Assembly (NCBI RefSeq): GCF_001194135.2 | Contig: NC_068983.1 | Span: 91,090,335 to 91,154,334 of the forward strand | DNA length: 64,000 bases | DNA from: Octopus bimaculoides | Lineage: Eukaryota | Direction of reading: 5' to 3' | Part shown: positions 1-12,753 of the stretch, one piece after another | Layout: every line of letters begins with the position of its first letter | Numbering within the stretch: the stretch's first letter is position 1 | Notes under the pieces: generated by a model | Told to the model about the DNA's origin: nothing | Database searches by the model: none | Seen by the model: only the letters and a program-made list of their open reading frames with translations | Made by a program: the position numbers and the translations under genes

Positions 1-282
1 CTGAAATAAATTTGACTGCTCTCACAAATGAGAGTATTAAAAATGAACCCAACCGCTCTCAAAAATTAAGTAAAAAAAACAGAAAAATAATCCAGAATCC
101 TTGTCCGGTACCGGATCGATCCCAAAATCTAATCAGTTCATGCCAGTCATGAGGCCAAACATCCCTGAAAGTTTCATCCGAATCCATCCTGCAGTTCTTG
201 AGATACCTTGTCCACAGGCAAACAAACAAACAAACACGACTGAAAACAATACTGCCGCCTTCACTAAGGCAGAGGTAATAAT
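1..282 (+). mobile_element. Partial non-autonomous interspersed repeat, probably Helentron/DINE-like
   Basis: 12-bp palindrome TCCGGTACCGGA (104-115), (CAAA)n microsatellite and terminal hairpin GCCTT-CACT-AAGGC (257-270). The class is inferred from this architecture only. Confidence 0.45.
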
Positions 283-915
283 AAATGTAAGAATTGTATA
301 AATAATGATGTTAATAAAAATTGTGATTGCAGGATTAAAGCAAATTATAAACAAGATAACCTGGTATATAGGTGTGTAGTTGAATTTGAAGGGAAGGAAT
401 ACCATTACATAGGTTCAACCGAAACTCAATTCAAATGAAGAATTGCAAACCGTGAGAGTTGTTTTAGAAATAAGCATAAAGTCAATAATACTAGTCTCAG
501 TACATTTATATGGATGTTAAAAGATAATGGGAAACATTATAAGATTAAATGGGAGGTTATAAGCCATGCCAGAGCTTATCAAATTTCAGATAGTAGATGT
601 AAATTATTATGTACAGAAGAAATTTTTCAAATAATAAAATCTAAACATAGATTGATTAACTCTAAGAAAGAAAACATTCTAGCTTGTTGTCACTACTCAA
701 AGTATGTTTTTAGAAAATTTAATAAATAAATAATAAAACTAAACATTAGAAATACAAGCATAATATATAATAAGCATAAAATAAATAATATCTAATTAAC
801 TCAGGAAGAGTGAAGATTTTAACTTGTTGGAATTAACCTAAGTATATTTTAGAAAATTTAATAAATAAAAATTAAACTGAACAATGATATAAATATAATA
901 TAAGTATAACTTAAT
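283..915 (+). mobile_element. Penelope-like element 3' part with GIY-YIG endonuclease pseudogene
   Basis: One frame reads NCDCR...NLVYRCVV...YIGSTETQFK*RIANRESCFRN...SLSTFIWMLKD...IKWEVI...CKLLCTEE, with an internal stop. The AT-rich 3' segment is duplicated (about 700-790 and 842-915). Confidence 0.85.
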
Positions 916-929
916 TTACAAATCAAACA

Positions 930-1970
930 TATGAGGATGGGAAGAAAAGTTCATAGGCTGACCACAATGCAATGGTTGAACATGTCCAAATGTTTTATTT
1001 TTCGACATAGTCTCCCCTGCGGTCCATACACTTCTTCTATCGGTGTTGCAGCACTTGGATTCCCATGGTATAGAAACTCTCACCCTAACCCTCAAAAAAG
1101 TTCTCAGCAGCAGATATGACCTCGTCATCAGTCTGATACTGCTTCCCATCCATGTGTTTTTTCATGTTGGAGAACAGAAAATAGTCACATGGTGCCAAAT
1201 CTGGAGAATATGGATGGTGATCAATCAGTTCGAAGCCACAGTCATGCACAGCAGCCATTGTAACCACAGATTTGTGTGAAGGAGCATTGTCCTGGTGAAG
1301 TAGGAACCCCTTCATCAGTTTTCCAGGGCCGTTTTGACTGGATTGCCTTTTACAGCTGCCTCAGCAAGTTGGCATAGTATTCTCCATTGATAGTATAGCC
1401 CTTCTGAAGGTAGTCAATGAACACAATGCTCTTTGCATCTCAAAGACAGAGCCCATCACCTTCCCTGCCAATGACACCACCTTGGCTTTCTTTGGTGGGG
1501 GAGAAGACAGGTATTTCCACTGCATGGACTGCCGTTTGGTCTCTGGCTCGAAGTGGTGAGCCCAAGATTCATCTTGGGTGAGGAAATATTCAAGAAAACC
1601 AGCTGGATTTGCTTCAAAAGGTGCCAATTTCACCTGCAACTGATCAAGCATCAAAAGTCATAGCACCCACCGACCAGAAACCTTCAACATGCCAAGTTCG
1701 TTATGCAGAATGTTCTCAACTCATTCACAGGAGACACCTACGGCATTAGCTATCTGATTAATATTTAAACATCTGTCATCCATCACCATGTGGTGAACAC
1801 GGTCGATATTTCCTTGGGTGGAGGCTGTGGCAGAACGTCTACACCTTGGGTCATTTTCAAGACTCTCCCTACCCCTCTTGAATTCAGCTACCCACTTTTG
1901 CACAGTTGATAAAGCTAGAGCATCAGACCCTAATGTAGGAACCACATCAGCATGAATGTCCTTGGGGGCT
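930..1970 (-). mobile_element. Mariner (Tc1/mariner) transposase pseudogene
   Basis: ORF fragments carry FLTQDESW, LLHQDNAP, HHPYSPDLAPCDYFLF and the HTH-region TVQKWVAEFKRG. Frameshifted. Confidence 0.93.
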
Positions 1971-2081
1971 AACCCTTTTTTCTATACTCAAAATACAAAC
2001 TTATACTATCATATATGTTCTGCAATTTAAATTGGGTGGGAAGTGAATCTCTACATCTTCAAACTTATTAAAAATATATAT

Positions 2082-3120
2082 AGGAGTGGCTGTGTGGTAA
2101 GCAGGCGCAGGAGTGGCTGTGTGGCAAGTAGGCGCAGGAGTGGCTGTGTAGTAAGTAGCTTGCTTACCAACCACATGGTTCTGGGTTCAGTCCTACTGCG
2201 TGGCACCTTGGGCAAGTGTCCTCTACTATAGCCACGGGCCGACCAAAGCTTTGTGAGTGGATTTGGTAGACAGAAACTGAAAGAAGCCTGTCGTATCATC
2301 ATCATCATCGTTTAACGTTCGCTTTCCATGCTAGCATGGGTTGGACCATTTGACTGAGGACTGGCAAGCCAGAAGGCTGCACCAGGCTCCAATCTGATCT
2401 GGTAGAGTTTCTACAGCTGGATGCCCTTCCTAACGCCAACCACTCCNNNNNNNNNNNNNNNNNNNNNNNNNNNNNNNNNNNNNNNNNNNNNNNNNNNNNN
2501 NNNNNNNNNNNNNNNNNNNNNNNNNNNNNNNNNNNNNNNNNNNNNNNNNNNCATGAGGGCCAGTCACACAGTACTGGCAACGGCCTTGCTCAAAATGTTT
2601 TTTTTTACATGCCACCTGCATGGGAACCAGTCCAGCAGCACTGGCAACAACCTCGCTCGAATGATTTTCTTACGTGCCACCAGCACAAGTGCTAGAAGGT
2701 GACGCTGGTAACGATTATGCTCAAATGGTGCTATTTACGGGCCACTAGTATGGAAGCCAGACAGCTGCTCTGGCAATGAACATGCTCGGATGGTGCTGTT
2801 AGTGCTCCATTGGCACAGGTGCCAGTCATCGAATATGGTTCAATTTCGATTTCATTTCGATTTCCATTTCAATATATATATATATATTTATATATATGTA
2901 TATGTATATGTTTGTGTGTCTGTGTTTGTCCCCCCAACATCACTTGACAACCGATGCTGGTGTGTTTACGTCCCCGCCAGTTAGCGGTTTGGCAAGAGAG
3001 CCCGATAGAATAAGTACTAGGCTTACAAAAGAATAAGTCCTGGGGTCGATTTGCTTAACAAAAGGCAGTGCTCCAGCATGACCACAGTCAAATGACTGAA
3101 ACAAAAGAATAAAAGAATAT
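2082..3120 (+). mobile_element. tRNA-derived SINE (head 2082-2295, tail about 2870-3120) split by an antisense RTE 3' fragment (about 2296-2860)
   Basis: Head and tail match the intact copy at 32827-33228. The insert starts (CAT)n-CGTTTAACG, like the RTE 3' end at 7148. Confidence 0.85.
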
Positions 3121-3129
3121 ATTTCTTAT

Positions 3130-4430
3130 GAGACAACTTGGTGAGAGACACAGACCAAATTTGTGGGTGGTGCAAAGTCCCATTCAGACCTAGGGTGACA
3201 TGGTGGTGGAACAATGTAGTTGACAGGGTCATTAAAGCAAAGAAACAGGTTTGAAAGGACTGGAAGTGTGGCAGTAGCAAGGAGCTACATCAGACAGCTA
3301 GAAGGGAAGCGAGGAAGTAGGTATACTTAGCCAAAGGTGAAGCAGAAAGGAAGAAGTTTACCAATGCTCTGCAGAATGAGGACCAGCAGCTTGAAGTGTT
3401 TCAGTTTGCAAGACAGTGTGCCAGGGAAAATTGTGATGATGCTGGAGAAGAGTGTGTTCACATTGATGATGGTTCACTTGCAGTTAGTGACTCTGCAAAG
3501 ATAGAGGCTTGGAAGTGCCACTGTGAAAGACTACTAAATGTAGAGAAATCATGGGAGAAGGCAAGTCTGCCAAACATGGATCCAACAGAGGGACCAACAA
3601 TCTAAATAAATAGTAGGGTGGGAGACAAATCTATGAAGGATATGAAGATGGGGAAAGCCTCTGGCCCATCAAGAATCACTACTGAGATGCTTAAAATATC
3701 TGATGATGCGAGTTATGGTCTAGTCATATGTATAGTTAATCAGTTGATACATGAAGGAGTCATATCCAATGACTAGTGGAGCAGCACCATAGTCAATTGC
3801 TACAAAAGTAAAGGTGACATCTTAGACAGAGATAATTACAAAGTTTTCAAATTGCTGGATCAGGTGATGAAAGTTATGGAGAGTGCAATAAACACTAGAA
3901 ATGTACAGAAAATGGACTCCACCAAATGCCAGGGGGGATACTTAGAAGTAGTTGATAGCTTCTGTTATCTAGGTGACCAAGTCAGCAAATGGAGGAGGAT
4001 GCTTCAAGAGCATAGCTGTGAGAATAAAAATAGGCTGGGCAAAGTTCAGAGATTTTCTACCTCTGTTGGTAACAAAAGGCCTTTCCCTCAGAATGAAAGA
4101 CAAACTGTATGATGCCTATGTGTGAACAGCCATGCTCCACAACAGTGAAATATGGGCTGTGACTGCCAAGGACATGCAAAGGCTTGAAAGAAATGAAGCT
4201 AGTATGCTTCACTGGATGTCAGAGTGCATGTACTACAAAGCATGTCTTGAGAGAAAAACTGGACATAAGAGGCATCAGATATGATGCACAAGAGAAACGA
4301 CTGTGCTGGTATGGTCATGTGATGTGTATGAGGACAGCTGTGTAAAGAAGTGCTGATCTCTAACTGTGGAGGGAATGCTGTGCTTGAGAAAACTTATCAA
4401 GTGAAATCATAGTCATAGCCTTTTATATCC
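3130..4430 (+). mobile_element. Decayed RTE LINE with internal deletion
   Basis: Translates to VTWWWNNVVD...NMDPTEGP and KLLDQVMKV...YLGDQVS, homologous to the copy at 8042-9727. Confidence 0.88.
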
Positions 4431-4433
4431 TGG

Positions 4434-7400
4434 TGTTGGATAAATAATTTAATGAAGCAGGGGGAAAGAAGTATTTACATGATGCACTATAATTACTATT
4501 ACATAAAGTTAAACGCACTCTGCCAATGGCTCACAGTGAACTGCTTGCAGTTCTTTATTTTATAGCAATGTGTTAGTTCACTTTTAGTCACTTGGGGGTG
4601 GTCGGAATCCTTCCACAACATCTTCCCTTTTTAGAATTAGTCTCCCCTAATTTCTCCCCTTTTGAGAATTAAACTCCACTCAGAGTTTTAATATCTCTTA
4701 CACTTAGGGTTCAGTTCCTGTGTTCCTGTTCTTTTCCATTTTCTGGTGCCAGAATGTGTAGTTTCAAATTGTTTGGATGTTGGTACCTCAAACATGTACA
4801 ATATTTCCATGGGGATTTCATTTCTCATGACTGTTTTTCCACGAATCTTTTTTTAAGTTGGTTAATATTTCTTTTGTATTTGACATTATTTCCTTTTACC
4901 AGGAATAACATTCTTCCAATTTGTTTAATAATTACACTGTCCTCCCAGCTATCTTTACCATATCTATAGGGTTAAAAAAAACTTTATCACCTAACTTGAA
5001 GAATTCTGAAGTATATTTGTTGTTTGCCTTTTTTTCTATTTTCACTTGGTATCAACTTATCAAAGATGGATCTGATCTTTCTAGCAAACATCAATTCCAC
5101 AGGTAACATTCCAGATGGGGTATTTGGATTAGGTGTTACTTGGTACACTCTTAGAAATTGTTGAAGTGCAAGGTCCTCCATTACATCATTGTTCGCCTCT
5201 TTTAAGGCTCTCTTGAAAGTGTCAACAAAACACTCTGCTGGTCCATTTGACCTAGGATGGTACAGCAGAGTGGTCACATGTTCTATAACAAACCATTTAC
5301 AAAATTTTCTGAACTTGTCTGAAATCAATTGAGTTCCATTATCAGATTCAATGGTATCAGGAATACTATATCTGGCAAATAATTCATGTAAAAAACTTAC
5401 TGTAACTGCAAGTGTCGGCTTTTTACACTTATGCACTTCGGGCCACTTTGGAAAACTGTCGAACCCTTAAGTGGGCCTGCATAATCAACATGCAGTTTTG
5501 ACCATGGAATATCTGTTTTTGATCATGGTTGCCATTTAGTGGTAGGTGCTTTTGCAGCTAGGGCACAACCTCTGCATGCTTTCACTATTTCTTCAATGTC
5601 ACAGTCCATTGTTGGTCAATATACATAACTTCGCATTAGCGATTTCATTCTCGAAATTCCCGGGTGGCCAATGTGAAATTCCTTCAGTAATCGTTTGTAG
5701 AGTGGCTGGCACTACAACTCTTTGTATGTACATCAACACATTGAGAATGTGTTTGAATTTGTGTTGCGTTCAGAAAAACGTATATTTTTATCTCTTTTAG
5801 TCCTCCGCATTTCTTTCATTTTTTTAATGAATTGATCATTTTCCACTTTTAATTTTGTGTCTTGTAATGTAACTGGCAGTTCATGTATGACATTACACAA
5901 AACATTTTTAATTTCATTTTCAGCTTGCAATGCAGCACTCACAGTATCTTCAAATGGTTCAGCATTTTTTTAAATCAGTCATGATAGACAATCAGCATGT
6001 CCTACTTTCTTAGATGGTTTATTCTCCATCTTAAAATCATAGTTTAGTAATATAGTATCCCAGTGTTGCAACTGATTAGCAGTATGGATAGGGATTCCTT
6101 TCTTTGAGCCATGTATAATTAATAACGGATGATGATCAGTCTATAGTCAAAAATTTACTGTGTAAATATCTATGAAATTTTTGTACAGTAAAAATAATCA
6201 CAAGAGTCTCTTCGATTTAGCTGTAAGCAAATATGGGGCACGAACCACCACCTTCATGTTACCATCTTTATACTTATACAGCATTACTGCTCCAATACCA
6301 TGCTCAGAGGCGTCTGAAGCTACTACTATCTCCATTGCAGGATCGAAATGTGCAAATCAGATGTTCATATTTTTAAAATTTTGTTGACAACTTTCAGACC
6401 AACTCCACTTTACATCTTTTTTAATGGAGTTCTTACCTTATGCATATTGGTGTATATAATTTTAGTAATAGTTTGCCACACCCAAAAAAGCTTGTCAGGT
6501 AGATATATTTGCTGAAGGGGGCATATTGTTAATCACATTTGCCCTCAACGGATCTGGTCAACATCCATTTTTGTCAATGATTTACCCTAAATATTTTGTT
6601 TTAGGTAAGAAGAATTCACACTTCTCACTCAAAGTAAAGCCATAATCCCTTATTTTTCCTAACACATATTTTACATGCTGTACATGTTGGTCCCAGGATT
6701 TGCTTTAATGAGTATGTCATCCAGGTAAGCTATTGCAAGATCCAAGCCTGCAAGCATAGTGTCCATGACTTGTTGGAAAATGCCTGGTGCTACCTCTATA
6801 CCAAAAGGAAGTCTATTGAATTTATATAATCCTCTATGAGTGTTTATTGCTAATAGTTTTGAACACTCCTGCTCAACTTGTACCAGCAGGTATACTTCAG
6901 ATAGATCCAACTTAGAAAAAAATTTTCCTCCATTCAACTTTGCGAAAATTCCTTCCAGACTTTGTGGCAGGTAATTATGTATCATCAAATATTCCTTTAA
7001 ACCAGTTGAAAAATCCGCGCATGCATGGATTTTATTGTTTTTGTTTTCTTGACGTAAACTGTTGGGGATGCCCATTCAGCATAATCAATCTTTTTTAATA
7101 ACTCCATGCTTTTCAAGTCTATCTAATTCTTCATTGTTTTAATGCTGTCATCATCATCATCATCGTTTAACGTCCGCTTTTGACTGAGGACTGGTGAACC
7201 AGATCGCTACACCAGGCTCCAATCTGATTTGGCAGACTTTCTACAGCTGGATGCCCTTCCTAACGCCAACCACTCCGAGAGTGTAGTGGGTGCTTTTATG
7301 TGCCACCGGCACGAAGGCCAGTCAGGCGGTACTAGCAACGGCCAGGCTCAAAATGGTGTATTTTATATGCCACCTACACAGGAGCCAGTCCAGCGGGACT

Positions 7401-10400
7401 GGCAACGAACTCGCTCGAATGTCTTTTCACGTGCCACTGGCACAAGTGCCAGGAGGGCGACGTTGGTAACGATCATGCTCAAATGCTCTGGCAACAATCA
7501 CGCTCGGACGGTGCTCTTAGTGATCTACTGGTACTGGTGCCATCACGATTTCGCTTTTGCTTGCCCCAACAGGTCTTCGCAAGCTGAGTTTAGTGTTCAA
7601 TGAAGAGACGTTGGCATGGGTGCCAGTCTACAGATTTAGTTAGATTTCATTTTCGATTTCACTTGCCTTAACAGGTCTTCAAAAGCGGAGTTTAGTGTCC
7701 AAAGAAGGAATGTTATGCGTAAGTGGGCTGGCTACATTCCAGGCAGAGGCCTTGGATTTTGGTGTCACATGGCTTGCCGGATCTTCTCATGCACAGCATA
7801 TTTCCAAAGGTCTCGGTCACAAGTCATTGCCTCGGTGAGGCCTAATGTTCAGAGGCCGTGCTTCACCACCTCATCCTGGGTCTTCCAAGGATTCCCTCAA
7901 CCGCTAGGGTGTGGCACATTTTCACACAGCTATCCTCATCCATTGGAACATACTGTTTCATTCCTTGCGAGCTTATGCATGTCCTCAGCAGTCACGGCCA
8001 ATGATTCACTGCCATGTAGCATGGCTGTTCGTACACATGCGTCATACACGCACGTCATCCAGTCTACCTTTTACTCTGAGCGAGAAGCCCTTTGTCATCA
8101 GCAGAGGTAGAAGCTCTCTGAACTTTGCCCAGGCTATTCTTATTCTAGCAGCTACACTTTCAGAGCACCCACACCCGCTACTGACTTGGTCAGCTAGGTA
8201 ACGGAAGCTATCAACTACTTCTAGTTTTTTTCCTTGGAATGTGGCAGAAGTCGTTTTCTGCACATTTTCAGTGTTTATTGAACATCTGCCACATACAAAA
8301 ACTACCTTCCTAGTTAACCTGCCTTTGATATTGCTGCACCTCTTATGTGTCCATAGCTTGCACTGGGTACATCTTATAGAGTTTCTACCTATGCCTTTTC
8401 TACAGATCGGGCAGGGCCATCTACCTGAAGGGGATTGTGTTTTGTCTACCTTCCTACTTATTAGGACTTTGGTTTTAGCTAAGTTGACTCTAAGGCCCTT
8501 CGATTCTAGTCCCTGCTTCCACACCTGAAACTTCTCCTCTAGTTCGGATAGTGACTCAGCAATTAGAGCAAGGTCATCAGCATAGAGGAGCTCCCAGGGG
8601 CATCTTGTCTTGAATTCCTCCATTATCGCCTGGAGGATTATGATAAATAGGAGGAGGCTGAGGACAGAACCTTGGTGGACCCCTACTTCTACCCGGAATT
8701 CTTCACTGTACTCATTGCCAACCCTCACCTTACTGACAGCATCTCTGTACATGGCTCGCACAGCTCTCACTAACCATTCTTCTATCCCTAGTTTCCTCAT
8801 TGATCACCAGATAAGGGATCAGGGGACCCTGTCAAAGGCTTTCTCCATGTCAACGAAAACCAGGTACAGAGGTTTATCCTTGGCTAGGTATTCCTCCTGC
8901 AGCCGTCTTACCAGAAATATAGCATCAGTGGTGCTTTTCCCTGGCACGAACCCAAACTGCATCTCATCTAAACTGACTCGCTCCATAATTAGTTGGGCTA
9001 TGACACTCTCTGTTACCTTCATAACCTGATCCAACAACTTGATACCTCTGTAATTATTCGTATCTAAAGCGTCTCCTTTACCTTCGTAACAGTTGACAAT
9101 GGTGCTGCTACACCAGTCATTGGGTATGACTACTTCGTGTATCACCTGGTTAACAATACAGGTGACTAGGCTATAGCCGACACTACCAGATATTTTGAGC
9201 ATCTCTGCCATGATTCCTGATGCTTTATCGACCATGGTACTGTCAATTCGGATAGCTGGTCCCTCTGTTGGGTCAACATTCGGCAGACCCTCTTTCTCCC
9301 ATTCATTCTCTTTATTGAGCAATCTTTCGTAGTGGCGTCTCCAAACCTCTTTCTTTGCAGCCTCGTTTAGTGCAAGCGTACCATCATCCATGCGAACACA
9401 TTTCTCTCTCACACACTGTCTTGCAACACGAAATACTTCAAGTCTTTGGTCCTCACGGCACAGAACATTGGCAAACTTTTTCTTATCTGCTTCCCCTCTG
9501 GCTAAATAAACTTGTCTCCTAGCTTCCCTCCTAGCAGTCTGATACAAGTCCCTGCTACCTCCGTCCTTCCAGTCCTTCCAAGCCTGTTTCTTTTGTCTAA
9601 TAGCCCTGTCAACCACATTGTTCCACCACCACGTTACTTTGGGTTGAGAGGGGACTTTACGCCAGCCACAGATCTGGTTGGTGGCTCTCAGCAGGTTGTC
9701 CTGTAGAAACCTCCAGTTGTCTTCCACATTGTATGATGCTATATCCCCGGTCTACTTCTGGGCATCCATTTTGCCTTGATCCCGAAGTCACTAACTACTA
9801 ATCTGTGTTGAGGGGTACATTCTTCGCCAGGGAAGGTTTTAACATTTATAAGCCACCCTCTTTCCCTATTTCTGGCGAGGATGTAGTTGATTTGGCTAGA
9901 GTGTCTGTGTCTGCCAGAACGGTAGGTGACTAGGTGACTGGCAGGTTTCCTGAAGTTGGTATTGCAAACCATAAGATCGTTTGCATCACAGAACTCTAGC
10001 ATTCTGGTTCTCTCCTCATTGCAGGAACAGAAGCCATAGCCTCCATGAATGCCATGGAAGCCACCTGCATGATGTCTGACATGACCATTGAAATCACCAG
10101 TCACAAAGAGAAGGTCCCTGTCGTTCGTCAATGAGGTAGTTTGCAGGAGGGTGTAGTAGAATTGGTCTTTCTGCCCATCCGGTAGCCCCGGTTGAGGGGC
10201 ATAGACGGAGATGACAGTAGCTAACCTATGATGAAGCACTAATCTAATCTTAAGTACTCTGTCACATATTCTGACTACCTCGATTACCTTATCAACGCAT
10301 TTCTCTGCTAGGAGTATTCCCATGCCCCCGACCCCGNNNNNNNNNNCCTTATCAACGCATTTCTCTGCTAGGAGTATTCCCATGCCCCCGACCCCGTCAG

Positions 10401-12535
10401 TGTTCCCTGCCCAGAAAATCTTGTACCTGTGTTCTTTGCCTGTAAGGAACTTCCCGGATCCTCCTCTCCATCTTACTTCTTGTATGCAGCACAAATCTAC
10501 CCGTCTCCGTTCAAGCATCTCAACAATCTCACCAGACCTACCTTTCAGCGTGCCGACGTTGAGAGTGCCAATTCTGACGGTGTGGGAGGAGTGGGCCTGT
10601 GTGACCCTGGGATGGGGGAAAGCAGTGTCGTGTAAGAAAACTTGCATTTGGCAGAATTCATAAACAAAACAATACCTACAACCTGCATACACTACACAAT
10701 CTTTATGCGCTATAAGGTCGATAAGAGGGAAGGGGTGGTATAAGGCCTCTAGGAGTGTTCGCAGGACACAACCAAGGATGGCAGACAATAAGAACTTCCG
10801 GTTCTGGTGGCAGGCATACCGCGGGCCAAGGGAGCTTCGTCGTAGTTCTGTCAGCAGAGAGATTCAAAGACAATTAGGATAAAGTTGGAAATTGAACTGG
10901 TTATATAGAGTTAGGGTCACGTAGGAATCAAAGAGAGAGGGGGAGAGAGAAATAGTGATGCAGACAGAGACGGGGAGAGAGAAATAGTGATGCAGAGAGA
11001 GAGGGGGACAGAGAAATAGTGAGGCACAGAGAGAGAGAGAGAGAGATGGAGAGAGAGAGAGATGGAGAGAGAGAGAGATGGAGAGAGAGAGAGATGGAGA
11101 GAGAGAGAGATGGAGAGAGAGAGAGATGGAGAGAGAGAGAGAGAGGTACAGTCAACAGAACATCATGCTGGATAAATTCTTTAGGTTTTTAGAACAAAGT
11201 TGAGAGACAGCAGTGCTTAAATCTTGAGTTTAAATGCTTAAATCAGTAACATAATTGAGTGAGAATTGAATCGTAAACAGACTTTAGATAGGTTTAGGCT
11301 TAGAGGAGCGATAACTTGAATAAAGTAAAGAAAAGGCGATAACTTGAATCAAGTAAGAAAAAAATTAAAATAAATAAGTATGAATTTAAGACAAAACAGA
11401 GATCGAGTGATGTTTACATGGAAAGAAATATATAGATAATAGAGAATGGTCAGAGGGGGAGCGCTAAAAGATGGGATAATAATATGGAGGTCGGAAGTCT
11501 AAAAAATTTCCTTAGCTGAGAAAGGTACAATTTGTTTTAGCTTAAATACAAGTACAGCATTTTCTTTTACTTGAAACTGCTTTTGTTTTGGTGCACAAAC
11601 CTAATTTAGACAAAACTTCAGGAAAAATCTTTAAAATTTTTTTTTTTAATTCGTTTGACAACTTATTTGTACTGGCAATAAAACCATTCCCATTTTTACA
11701 AAAAAGATTTATGGGGAGGTCCCATAAATAATTCCGTCCAGTCTGTTCCAAATAAATTTGTTGTATTATTCAACACAAAAACTTTGGCTTTGAAGGTATT
11801 TCCATGAAATATGTCATCACTCATCATTTCACCCTTAAAATGTAATTTTTTCTTGAAACACCATGTTATCGAGATATCACTGCCCATATCCAATTGTAAC
11901 TTTACGTTTGTGCTGTTAATTTTTACATACACAAATTTCCTTTGAGGTTCATTCATATTTCTTGTTACTGATAACCTGTTTACATGATTTTTGCTGTTGA
12001 ACCGTTTTTTAGGTTTTGTTTTACAGTCTGATTTTATTATGACCTATCTTACCACACTTGAAACATTTTATATTTTTAAATGGACAGTTCCATTTAAAAT
12101 GTAAACATGGATTTAGTCTTGACATTTTTTTCTCTTTTTTCTTATCCATTACTGGTCGAAATGCGTGAATATGAGAGCAATCTTTTTCTTTAGTTTTATC
12201 AGCATCATGTCTTAGATTTATAATTTTCTGGCATTCCTCTGCTATTAGCTGTAGAGTTAATTTTTGGTCCTGTTCTAATTTTGTTAAAATCCAGGAACAA
12301 GCTATCTGCAGCTTTGCTTGCAGTTAGCCCGTGAACAAAAATTAGACATTTGAACATGTCCAGGGTTAATTCATTTAATTTGAATTTTTCACACTCTGTT
12401 GACAATCACAGCATAGGTGATGAAATCTTCATCATCTTTTTTGCCAGGGAGAATTGAACAAGGAACTTCTTTCACTGAAAATTTTCCATAAAAAATTTTC
12501 ATCAAAACAAATTTCACCTTTGGTGATATGGTACT
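4434..12535 (-). mobile_element. Ty3/Gypsy element (3' LTR 4434-4620, PPT 4621-4632, IN/RH/RT 4.9-7.15 kb, PR/gag 11.5-12.5 kb), interrupted by an RTE; no 5' LTR seen
   Basis: LTR TGTTG...CAACA next to a polypurine tract; the left LTR edge is less certain. IN: SDNGTQL, HPRSNGPAECFVDTFK. RT: FSKLDLS, RLPFGI, AYLDDILI. PR: LQLDMGSD. Many stops and frameshifts. Confidence 0.9.
7148..11514 (-). mobile_element. Near full-length RTE-clade LINE (about 4.4 kb): 5' UTR with (GA)n, APE endonuclease, RT, long 3' UTR, (GAT)n tail
   Basis: APE: GTLNVGTL, CIQEVRW, GDFNGH. RT: QFGFVPG, VDMEKAFD, HQGSVLS, LYADD. The ORF is broken into three pieces. CpG is well retained. The flanks rejoin the Gypsy frame VPFSA/LKQ. 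Confidence 0.95.
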
Positions 12536-12753
12536 TGACTTGTCAAGCCAAGTGAAATCATAGTTGTGGCCATTGCTGGTGTTATGAAAGTGGCATGTAA
12601 AAAGCACCCATTACACTCTTGGAGTGTTTGGCATTAGGAAGGGCATCCAACCATAGAAACCGTGCCAAATCAGACTGGAACCGGGTGCAGCCCTCCAGCT
12701 TATCAAACCATCTAACCCATGGAAAGCAAATGTTAAATGATGATGATGATGAT
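12536..12753 (+). mobile_element. RTE 3' end fragment with (GAT)n tail
   Basis: Reverse-complement match to 7150-7310. Confidence 0.85.

Noticed and set aside
10288-10395. Approximately 50-bp direct duplication inside the RTE endonuclease
   Set aside because: It flanks a 10-N gap symmetrically, typical of an unmerged contig overlap.
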